NCBI RefSeq assembly: GCF_000002075.1
Contig: NW_004797845.1
Span: 423,351-487,350 of the forward strand
Direction of reading: 5' to 3'
From: Aplysia californica
Lineage: Eukaryota
DNA length: 64,000 nucleotides
Shown: positions 50,601 to 62,600 of the stretch, one piece after another
Layout of the letters: the number at the start of each line of letters is the position of its first letter
Numbering within the stretch: the stretch's first letter is position 1
Translations under genes and position numbers: made by a program
The notes under the pieces: generated by a model
Database searches by the model: none
What the model was told of the DNA's origin: nothing
What the model saw: the letters and a program-made list of their open reading frames with translations, nothing else

Positions 50601-53600
50601 ACGACCTTATGGTTGCGAGTCTGACAGCCTAACCACTAGGCCACCGACGCTACATTTATGTGTTAATGTGAATGCATAAGATTTCATTTTTTAAAAATAT
50701 ATAAGTGTTCTAAATGAACACATAAATGTTTCTATACTTCCTGTGTGTCTTCTGGTTCTGATGCACAATTTGAAAGATTTGTAAGAGCTTTTCAAAAGTT
50801 CTCTATTTTGATATATTGTACTATAGCAGTTTACCTTTTCTATGTCTAAGAAGCATTTTGAAACATATTTTTAGTCCAGAAAAATGTTTCCTCATTTAAA
50901 AGAAATCTGAGGTAAATAAGTACAACTGTCTGATGTTTAGTATTCAGTGGTTGCTCGGTATAGCACAAAATAGTCTATTGTTTTGTTTTGTCTAAATGTG
51001 TGCAAAGTTTTTATAGTGCAAAGCTTTTATTTTGTGTTAAGATGATACTTTGGCAAGCAAGATTTTTTATTTGTAAACGTCTCTTTTCAGTCTGAAGAAG
51101 TCCAGAGACAGAGAAAGAAACAGAACGAGGAAGATCAAAGTGAGGAGAATATGTTAGCTTTTTGTGTCAACGTCAAAGAATGCCTTGTTTAGTCATTTTC
51201 TTGTTTTTTAGTTTTTGTGAGCGTTTCTTTTTTTTATAGTAGATTTAAATTGTCCATGTAAGGTTTGTTTCACTGATATGCATAGGTTACATTCCTGGCA
51301 TCACTAGATTGACAAATTGAAGATGTAGAATACCTTTGCTGGTCCTGTTTTTGAGTCAGGGTCAGAGTGGTTTTGCTCAAGGCCAATCCACAGTGACTAC
51401 CCTTCTAAACATCCTTTCAGAGACATTGAGGTGCAGGTGCAAATTGTAGAACATTTTGGGTTATATCCTGAAAGCTGTGGGATAGGCAAGGCACTTATAT
51501 ATTTTATAGCAGGTGATCCCATCTTTGATCGTTGCCTAAACTCCTGACTGGTTTGTCTGCCTGGATGACTAGAGTTTAAAGAAGAAAGCCCCTAGTGCAA
51601 AGAACAGGTTCAAGTCTTTAGCCAAATGTGATTTTACCATTGATGTTCTCCTCTCCCACATAATTGAAAGGGTCTAGTGTGTCTCTGATATACCTTTCAG
51701 TTTGTTGGTTTCTACATTGTAAGATGTAAACAATATTGATGTTCCGATACTTCTGTGTGATTTCAGCAATATAAAGTATACGATGAATTGAATGTAATTT
51801 CTTTTTCTGGATGTTTTTTTGAATGTAATTTCTTTTTCTTGATGTTTTTTTCAGGTTTGCCTCCTCCCCTCCCACCTGCATTATCGTCCCAGTTCCAGGC
51901 ACTTGTCAACATTCTGCAATGCGATGTCATGATCCACTTACTCAGCATTGTCCTCCGCAGAACAGCGGCACCGAGGTCGAGGTCATGGTCAGAGGCCCAG
52001 TTTGACAGGGTATGTTCCCCATGGAGTAAAAGTAAAATGAAGTTGTTCCCACATCCGATCCGGACATTTGGGATTGCTTTGTTAGTGAGACAACTTCCTG
52101 GGCCTTCGGCATATTGTGGTAGGGTGGCCAGTTCCTTTCCATGCCACCTTTACTTCCCCAACTTGAAGTCAGGTACCTATGGAGTATACCCTTGAAATCG
52201 ATAGATGATGGAATGTTGGGCTTTAGTTTTTAGCAGATTTACCGTGCTTTTAATGGACATTGACTGCACTGTTTATGTGAACGCCAAAATAAGAAAGTAC
52301 AAATCTTAATTGGAAGTTTAGGGCATACTGAAAATTCTTTTATACTAAGACAGTGACTTTGAATCTAAAGATGTGAAATGTGCTGAAATGACAGAAAATA
52401 ATGAAAGTGTGGTCAAATAATCCCTGTTTGAGCAATGTAAAATTTTAGAGATTGTCCTATGGAGTTTAGTGTATGCCTTATTGTGCAGGAGTTAAATGAT
52501 TTAGTTGCAGTTTCAGAGTTGTGTGTGCGATGACATGGCCATTCACTTTGAATTGAACTTCTAGATTCATGCTAAACCAGCATCTGTGTTGCGATTAGGT
52601 GCTTCACCACCACATGCAGGAGATCAGAGTTCAGTTCCTGAATGGAAAGAATTTTTATCGAGTATCTCGGTCTTTCTTCAGGGATATTGTATCCCTTTCA
52701 CCTTGGGTTGGCCATGACAGGCACGGTCGAAGCCCTCCTCTGAAATGTTCTAAATTGTGTCGATGGGACGCAAAAAACTTACATTCATAATAATAATAAT
52801 AATAATAAATGACATTTACATAGCGCTCAACCCCAATTAGAGTACACAGGCTCTGAGCGCTTTACAATACAGTACATTATACAACAATAACATAAAACAT
52901 TGTGTTCTGACTAAAAGAAAATCACTCCAAATATTCATCTTACAAATTTAAAAACAAAAATGACTTCAGCTTGACATTTGAATGAATCAAAAGATTTGAT
53001 CTCTCTTCATGTACTTGGCAAAGCATTCTAGGTCTTGGGGCCTTGATATTCAAATGTCCTTTCACCCATTGTTTTAAGTTTCATAGATAGTAAAAGAAAT
53101 TCCTTTTTGTCAGCTGATGACCTTAAACTGCGAGTTGGAATGTAGTCTTAACAGATTTGATAAATATGATGGCGCATTATCATTCAAGCATTTGTGACAT
53201 AGGGTGGCCATATTGTACACAATTCTTTTCTCAACAGGAAGCCAGTGCAATGTCGGTAAAAGAGGTTTAGCAGAGTCTCGCTTCCTTTTCTGTATAACTA
53301 AACGTGAAGCATTGTTTTGGACAGTTTGAAGTCTTTTAACTTTCTCCTGTGATATTCCTGATAACAAGGAGTTACAATAATCGAGTCTTGATAAAACTAA
53401 GCGAGTTACTAGTAAAGCAGTTTACTTAGTATTGATTAGATGACATATTTTACTAATTATTCTTATTTCTAAATATATGCAGCTGATCAGATGATTTACC
53501 TCAGCCGACATTGACAAACTGGAATCAAAATAGATGCCTAGATTCTTAACTTTTCTTGAAAATTCTGCATCACCAATTGTCATACTAATGTCCCTGTGTC

Positions 53601-56600
53601 TGGTCACCAGCAGCGAACTTACAGTGTGCTGTGTTTTGTTCTCAGGTTCTTTTCATCATTGGGTTGGCCTTACATGAGCAGATTCGTGCCTATGAGCGGG
53701 GAGACAGATCTTTTCAGTTTCTGTCCAAGGCTATGAGAAAGTCTGTGCAGGAAGCTGGCCAAGAAGGTGAGATTAGATCAATTTTATTCCTTCTGTCGGG
53801 AAGAAATTGACAAAGTGTTGTTAATGGTTTTTGCAGCACCTTGTTTTGACTTGTGCATTCACCATTCAGGCTCATTAAGCACCGNNNNNNNNNNNNNNNN
53901 NNNNNNNNNNNNNNNNNNNNNNNNNNNNNNNNNNNNNNNNNNNNNNNNNNNNNNNNNNNNNNNNNNNNNNNNNNNNNNNNNNNNNNNNNNNNNNNNNNNN
54001 NNNNNNNNNNNNNNNNNNNNNNNNNNNNNNNNNNNNNNNNNNTTTTATTCTAAAACCATTGCAGATGTCGATCTGTGTGTTGCGAATAATGCACGGGAGT
54101 CAGCATGCACTTTTAATTGTATAAAAAAACAGGGGGTTTACTTCATATATTCTGTTTAAGTTAGATGAGGGTTTTTTTTGGGTGTTTTTTTTATCTCTGA
54201 AGCATTTTCAAGAGACAAGTTAAATGGTAAGATCAGAACACCCTTGATGTGACACTAATGAGACTGGTTCTTTAAAGTAAGGCACAACCCTGCCTTTTTT
54301 CTAAATATTTTTTTAAACCTCACATTTAGGTTAATTTGTAGAGCTGCCAGGTGCTATGCAGCAGTTGGTAGTGAATTTACAACACATGAAAATTTAGGTT
54401 CAGGTCAACTTCAGTCTGAACATAAAAAAGTAACTGAACAAAAGTGCTGTCAGTATTGAAATTTCCACAAATATTGTTAGCCCTTTGTGTCAAACTGGTG
54501 CTCAGTTTGGGATCTTATTTCCTTGTTATTGATAGTGGCTAATTAATTTTACCAAACTTGTCTTTCTGACTCCTCTAGGTGAGAGCATCCTGTCACTGCT
54601 CCAAAGCCTTGTATTTAACCCAAACCTCAGCACACAAGAGTCGAAGGATCTGTTGGCTTGGGTGTTGAGGGTAATTATACATTTGATTTTTTTCTGTAGT
54701 ACCCTTTGGCATCTTTTTGCAAACTTACTAAGGTTTGATATTTTTTTTTTTTTATTGAAAATTACTTAAGTCAGATTGGTCATGTATGTGAAGAAGTTTT
54801 ATGGAGAGAAGTGGGTGGTTGGCGGATGCTCTGGTGTGGTTCGCTCCTTTTTTCCTATCAAACATCTATCGTCCTTAGCTCTCCTCCTTTTTTTTTGTTT
54901 GTTACTGTCTTGTAACACCTCTTATCTTCGGCACATTATTGTGTTGCAAGTGCAGTAAAACTCTTACTAAAACTAAGGTAAAGAGAGAACAGGAACTCGT
55001 GTATGAAGCAAACTTTTCACAACACAGAACTGCAGGTTACTCATTGTAATTATAGTGTAACTGTACCAGAAAGTAGACCTACTTTTGCCAGGAACAGAGG
55101 AGAATTGCAGATGTACTGAGAACACATTTTAACAAAAGACCACACTGCTGGTCTGAAAATCACATGCATAGAGTGATGTGTCAGTGATCATTTAAAGATC
55201 GTTTTAGAATTGCAGTTAATATATATTTTGTGGAGACAGTTGAGGTTTTACGGCGCTCACAACTGCATAAGGTCATATGAGCGCCAGAAGATTAGAGGTG
55301 TTACAAGAGAGTAACAAACATAAAAAAGCAGGAGAGGAGATAATGACAATAGATGTTTGATAAGAAAGAAGCAGCAAACCACCCCAGAGCACCCGCCAAC
55401 CACCCACAGATTAGGAATAAAGAATAAAGAAGTTTGAATGGAGGTAGGTTGTTTTTTTCACTAAAATGTACCACTCTTCAAGTATAACTCTGGTGCCATC
55501 TGAAGAAATAGAAAGGCCTGCTGCTTGGGCAACTACAGTAACAACAGCTGCATGCTTAAAAGTGTGTTAGTTCAGTTTACATTGTCAAAGGATCTAGATT
55601 TCAGGACTTCTGATTTATGCATTGTCTGTGGTCTTTAACAGTGGGATGTTTTTTGTTGAAGATTCAGGATACCACAAATAAGAAGAAGAGTTGGGTAGTA
55701 TGCTTACAATTTGAACTGGGATTGACAAGTGTGAAGTAAGAATATATTTATTTTCGGTGAATTTTGTGTTCTAGATTTTCAAACCATTATGGGTTGTGTA
55801 GTATGTCAACATTTGAATGTTATTTCTCTCCCTGACAGAAATTTGCTGAGGCCCTCAAAGTCCTCGATGAGCCAGTAGCTAAAGAGCATGTGGACAGCAT
55901 TGCCAAATGTACAGACCTGCGTTCAGATGCTGAACGCAAAAAGCGAGCTCTGGCTGCAGCCAAGCGAAGGGCCAAGGTCATGGCTCAGATGGCCAAAATG
56001 CAGAAAGACTTTATTGCTGAAAATGCTGAACTGTTTGAGAACACAAGCACAGAGGTAAGAGTCAAGCTGAGGGAACAGGTATTATCTTTGTCTTTGCATG
56101 ACATGTTATATACAGACTCTTTCATAAAGGAGCGATATATTTTTTATTTTTTCATTCAATATCCAATATTTCAGCATTTTAGTCATATATAAGTACAAAA
56201 GATGATTTTACGTATATACCCTCTAAGGTGTGATGTCTTTTTTGGTTCAGTTTAAAAAAATGATTTTTAGTTCTTTCATTTCAGGATTTTTCTCTCACCA
56301 AAAAATGCACCACCACGGTTGTGGAAAGTTTGATAGCCTTCAGTTTGCAAATGTTTGTATTTGTGCATTATGGGCCTTTGTTTTCTGGTCTTTATCTCAA
56401 GTCCAATCTAAAGTCAATCGAAATGCCGGTTGGAATTGGAATTGAGTATACACTAGATGTCTCTGTTCTGAAGTTAATGGCATGTCAGGTTTGAAAGTGG
56501 AAGTTCATCGTCCCAAGTTGGAATTTTGTCTTTATTTTCAACCCTTGAGGATGGATTTGTACTTGTGTTCTTTATTTTATGTTCCCTATGTTTGAATCCC

Positions 56601-59600
56601 TAGTCAAGTGAAATGCCTATTGAGATGGAAGTTGGGGATCTACCAGCATCCAGTGACGATACCCTCATCGCCCTGGGCCCCCACCAGAGCTCCCTGAAGG
56701 TTACAGGCCCGCTCTCAGTCACCTGCATCCTGTGCCAGGAAGAGCAGAGGATTTCTCACTCAGGTCGTGCCATGGTGCTCTCCGCCTTTGTGCAGCAGTG
56801 AGTTTCTCATCAATTTATTTTGTGTGTAGGTTCAGCCAGTAAGAGTAGCGACTTGTCAGAGTGTGGAGAAAAAATAGTCATATGTTAGTGTTTTTGTGCC
56901 CAACTCTCAAAGATAATGTTGAGTTAAAGCATTATTTGGCTCAGTTGGTGCAGGGGTGCTTTCTGTTTGTTGTTTTTTTTTGGTAGGATGATATTTGTAA
57001 GTTTCTGTAATTTGTAGGAAGATAAAATGTTCGGGAAAATGGTCTCCTTTTTCTTTTATTTGGGAATTTTTATTTTTCTCAGAATGTCGCATTAACATAT
57101 CCTTCTGTTGTTTCTATTCACGTGCATTCTCTTTTTCAGCTCTGGAAACTATAATTATGTCAAAAATTCAAAATTATTCTCTGTAACACAAACAGACAAC
57201 TACCAGCCTAATAACTTGTGTGTGCGTCTTCATGCTCTTTATTTCACAATCAGTATTTTGTATAAATAACCCAACCTCTTTGCTTTATTCTTCTGCATTG
57301 GCCATCTTAAAGACCTCATCATATATAATCTCTCTGACTGCACTGTGTTCCCCAGGTCCACTGTGCTGGCTCAGCACAAGCGCGTACACTTGACGGGCAA
57401 GGAGGAGCATGACCCCCTGTTCATGCCCTCTGACCTCAGCAATGGAACTCACACCAGCTCCTGTGGGCATGTCATGCATCATGAGTGCTGGCAAGGGTAG
57501 GCTCTTTGTTCATGATATGAAAGTGGCAGCTCGTGTGTGCACTCTATTGGTATTTGCCTTCCTTTACTTCTTGTCAGGGTTACTGTTGTCTTTATCTGTT
57601 CCCTGGTGATATATCTGCCTTCTGTCGGAGAAAGAATGAACAGTTGCAAAGGCTGATTTTTCCCACCTTTACAATGTCACTTTTCCTCACGAGGAAAAGG
57701 TTTATAGCACCATAGAAATAGATTAATTAACGAAACAGACTTGTACCAAGTTTTATATTTTGGATGTTTGTCTTTGTGATATGGCAGTTTTACACTAGAA
57801 CTAGACACTGCTGAAGTTGAAAAGGCAGAAAGAGTTCTTCCTGTGTTAAAAAAAAGGTATTGAGATCTAAAAGATGAAAGTTTATCAAAGCTATAGGAAC
57901 AGTGGCCTGTTTTAGAATCAAATGAGTACTTCGTGGATGCTCTGTTGTTTTCTGATTCTTATACTTTATTCCGAGGATGCTTTTGTCTTAACATGTTTTG
58001 TAAGTAATGTTGCCATTTTCATGCTGATGTGTGGTAAAATTCACCGCGAAAACAAAATACTGCATTGCTTTAGTGTGACAGTGTATCCTGTAGAATGATG
58101 TTTTTTTGCTTCGTTTCGTGTATGTTCCCTGAGTTTTTTGTAGTTATGTGTAAGTAGTGTATTTGTCATAATGAGAGGGAGAGTAAGTAGATGAGTTGTA
58201 GGAGGAGAAAAAGAGCAGTAGGCCTACAAAGACAGAGTGGGAGGGAGATTGTGATGGGTTGATGGGATAATGTATGTGAACATTGTGTTGTAGGAGCTGG
58301 TGAAAGCACACTGTTAGCTTCTTGTAATGAGCAATCATAAAATATATTTCATCTTATGTTATTTTTTAGTTCGTGTGTCTTTTTCAATCTGCAGGTTTTT
58401 TACAAACATTGTGAACCGGGAACGGCGCCGTCCCATGCGCTTCAGACACAGTTTCAGCTACGACATTGACCGCATGGAGTACCTGTGCCCTCTGTGTGAG
58501 GGGCTCAGTAACACGGTCATCCCTCTTGTACCTGCACTGCACACCTTGGTCAGTGACAGGTAGGTTACGTGGCGCTGAATGCCATTTCTTGTTATTTTGC
58601 ATTGATTCTGCTATTTTTCTCTATGATGCCTGACGTCACATTACGACAGTGTTACTTTAAGCATGTCATGGGGCACATAGTTTATTGTCTCAGGACATGA
58701 ATTGCATATCAGTAGAAATATGTTATTTGTTGTTTTTATATCCAAGATTATCCTTAGTTTACTTGAATTATAATAGTGAAAGCAACATTTGTACCTTATC
58801 TAAGGCTAGTGGAACATTTTTTTGCTGGTCAGTTTCTGAACTATGTGTATGAAACAATGCAAATTTTATGTCTGTATGTTGTTTAGGGATAAAAAGACAG
58901 TTGAACTGAAATTTGACGACTGGCTGGATGGCATCCAGAAAACTGTGGTCAACAGCATTAAGGAGGCAGAGGACAAGGAGTCCAAAGGTAAAGCGCTTCC
59001 TTGGGTTGCACTAATGGGGATGGCAGCCTCTTTGTACTATAGGAGTTGATAACAGAGTTTCTGTTTTAGATTTTGGTGTCAGTCAGGACAAGCTGGTGTT
59101 TGGAGAAACACAAGATTGTTTTTCATTTATGATGTTTGATTTTTTAAAAGGTTTCTTTTTTATCATTTAGTATTTATTTATGTTTTCCTTTGAACTTCAA
59201 AGTAATGCCTATCTTTAGAACATTGGCTCTTTTGGTAAGGTAAGGCTGTTAACAATGGGATTTGAGATACAGAATACATTTCTTTATTTATCCCTCCATG
59301 CTAATTTTTTCCACTTTTGTGTTTGTCCTGTGGGAGGGGAGGGTGCATGTACCAGCACCCTGACATTTTGTGTGTTTGTGCCAGTGGATTTAAGGTGTTG
59401 TCTACTCCTATTTTTCCTTTCTTTATTGTCCACTATTGTGCTGACTCATTAAAAGTGCTTTCAGTATGGCTGTCTTAATATCTTTTGCCTATCTTTTAAA
59501 TGTCCTTATGCAACCTATAGTGCTTTATTATGTATGGAATCTAACCTAACCTTACAAAAATGTTTCTCGTTGCCAGATGACCTGCTGCTGTTTCAGCCGT

Positions 59601-62600
59601 GCCCGATCTCCACCATCTCACGCATGATGGCCGAGAGTGTGGCCAAGAACTTCCAGCTGCTGTGGGAGTACGTCTACGATGACGCCAGGTGACCTGTCCT
59701 GCTCTGATGATTAATTTTTGTTTTTGCCTTTTATAGATAATATTATTGAGGGCAAATTAGGACACTACTCCGAGTTAAGATATAAATTTGGTTTCCACAT
59801 AAGGAATTTATGTTATAGTGTCTGTGTCTTGTCTGCTGGGATGTTGTATCCTACTCGGCTTGCGTTGCCCCTAGCAAGTGTGTTTTAAGTAGCCCACTAC
59901 TTGAATGATCTAAATTGTGTTGGTGGTGGTCATAAAATGTTTACAACCAATCAGTCAATGGACAGGATATTGGTTGCACAGGGAATGTATCATGTACATG
60001 TATATAGGTTGCAAACAGGGTATTGCGCTGTATTTCTTTTCAGCTCAACTGATTTTTCTTTCATCTGAAAGTGACTGCTGGTTAGGGGTATTCAAGGTCT
60101 TTGCATCGAATAATGTTTAAGAGATTAGATGTGGCCTTTTCATTCCACTTTTTTATTTCTAGATTTGTTCCTTAGTGTTTTGGTAATCTGGTGGTTAGGC
60201 CATTGGCTTTTAGTCTTGAGATTGCATTTTTTTTTAGGCCAAGGTTCAGCTCAGCTTGATGTTTAGTCTTTGGGAAAGGCATTATACACAAATTTTCCCA
60301 TTTGGCTCGATTCTATTGAAGATGGATGTTAAATTTAGAGGTCCAGCCTCTTAAATTACCTAACAGTTTTGCAAAAGGCGTTAAACTCCCACTTTTTTTT
60401 ACATATGTCAAATGTCAAATTCAATCCACAGCTTTGAATTAGTTCAGTCACAAAGGTGCTGGGAAAAGACTGACATGCTTTGCATACATATAATGAAAAA
60501 TTGTGCATTTGTATGATATCAATTACAAGACACCACTGACATTGATTGAAGCATCTTCTGTTTGAAGCTCCTGTTTTTATTTTGTTTGCTTTTTACAAAT
60601 TTTCTTCTGTTTTCTTTTCTCCAGTGGTTGTTTCTCAGAAGGGATGAGAGAGATGATCAAAAAGTTTGCCAGAGATGTTTATGCTGTGAGTATTTATAGT
60701 TATATCTGCTCTTGGTTAAAGTAAAAGTGGTACTTTGCATTTCTCCCTCCCTTTATTCCTCTGAGAGAGACATACTGGTGCACACACATGATGCTTGCAT
60801 GCATCTCACACTCTTTAAAAGAGAGAGAGAGAGAGAGTTATGTACATGGAAGGTGTGAGGAGAGAAAATCTGTCTGACTATGATATAATCAACAAGTTTT
60901 CCTGTCCAGTATGTCAGTGTAACTGCCTGGAATTCTGAAGCTCATAACTGTCTTTAGTACAGAAAAAGTGTTGTATAAGAGACATTTTTCCTGAGTCAAA
61001 TGTATTTTTTTAAAAAGCCAAAGTCAAAAGATATTTTGTAACCAAGATACTTTTCTATGATTTGTGCATAACTTTGCGAAATGTGGTTGAATTATATGTA
61101 GGATTCTAACATGAATGATTGAACATTTTCTTGCTTTGTTTTCTTTTATTTTTACCGGAAAGTAGAAAATACGTTGCAGGTGAATCCTGTAACATGTTTC
61201 ATTTTCTTTATCATGTTGATTGTTCTAGTTTGGTCTTGGAGTGGAACCAGACGATGAAAACAGCCGAGTTCCTGTGATGGCCTGGAATACCTGTGCGTTT
61301 ACCGTGCAGGCACTCGGTCAGTTGTGGCTTGTTGTTTTGTTGATAGTGAGCAGTGCTCATTCAGTGGCGTCGTTGGCCTAGTGGTTAGGCTACCGGACTC
61401 GTAATCATGAGGTTGCGGGGTCGGGGGTTCGAGCTGCAGGCCTGACGTTGTGTCCTTGGGAAGGACACTTTACACTAATTTTCCTCACTTCACCCAGGTG
61501 GAAATGGGTACCTGGCCATAGACAGCGAAAGGTCTTGTCAGTATGTTAGTGTTTTTGCGCCTATAAATGGCTGCTTGCACTGTATGCTTCCCAGGAAGTT
61601 GAGTTTGTTTCAGAATGCTCTCCGGTCTGCAGGGGTAATAGTATAGATTGTGAAGCGCATAGAGCTTGCTTTTGAGCGGGGATTTGCGCTATACAAATGC
61701 TATCTATTATTGTTGTTATTACTACTCGCGATAGCTTGGTTGTGAGAACATATACTATGGTTGTTGGAGTCCCTACTAAATGCAGTGTAGGTGGTTAAAA
61801 GGGTTGAGTGCTTGGTTCACTGGACTTGTCACAGGGATAAGAGGAGATGTTTCTGAATAAACTAGAAAAATATTTCAAACTTTTCTCTGATTTAATCCTG
61901 AAACTTCCGGGAGGCAGGTCAAGGTCCTAACCCTTTCCCACAGTGACTGGTAGTTGTATGTGACTCAGAATGTGACAGCACTGTCATGTAAGCAGGGTGT
62001 ACACTCTAAACCCATAACAAGCCTAGGTCACTCCCATCTACCACATATTAGGGGGGGGGTTACTGATCAGGTTTTTGCCTTCAGATGGTCTAGGGGTGGT
62101 TAAAGGGTATATCTGGTAGGTCTTATTTTTTTTCTCTCTCGTATCTGTTTTGCATTTTGTACTAAACTCTTTCTCTGCCCATTACCGATATATCGGCACA
62201 AGGCTATACTCAAACTTTATTTGTGGGTGGTTAGCGGGTTCTCTGGTGTGGTTTGCTGCTGCTTCTTCTTTCCTATCAGACATCTATCACCCTTATCTCC
62301 CCTCTTTCTTTTTTATGTTTGTTACTTTCTTGTAACACCTCTAATCTCCTGCGCTCATATGACCTTATGCAGTTGCGAGCGCCGTAAAACCTCTACTAAA
62401 ACAAAACAAACTTTATTTAATTCGTAAATACTTGATCCATAATTTTAAGTTTTGATATAAACAAATCTCAAAAGTAGAAACTTCCTGCAACGAAATATAG
62501 TGTCTATAACTACGTAAGAGGGTGGAAATTGAAATTGTTGAAGTATTTTGTGTGGTGTGTTTGTCAAACCGAAACACGAAAGATGATCACACCAATTTCT

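Noticed and set aside
53767-54159. ORFs spanning the N run
   Set aside because: Artefacts of the assembly gap
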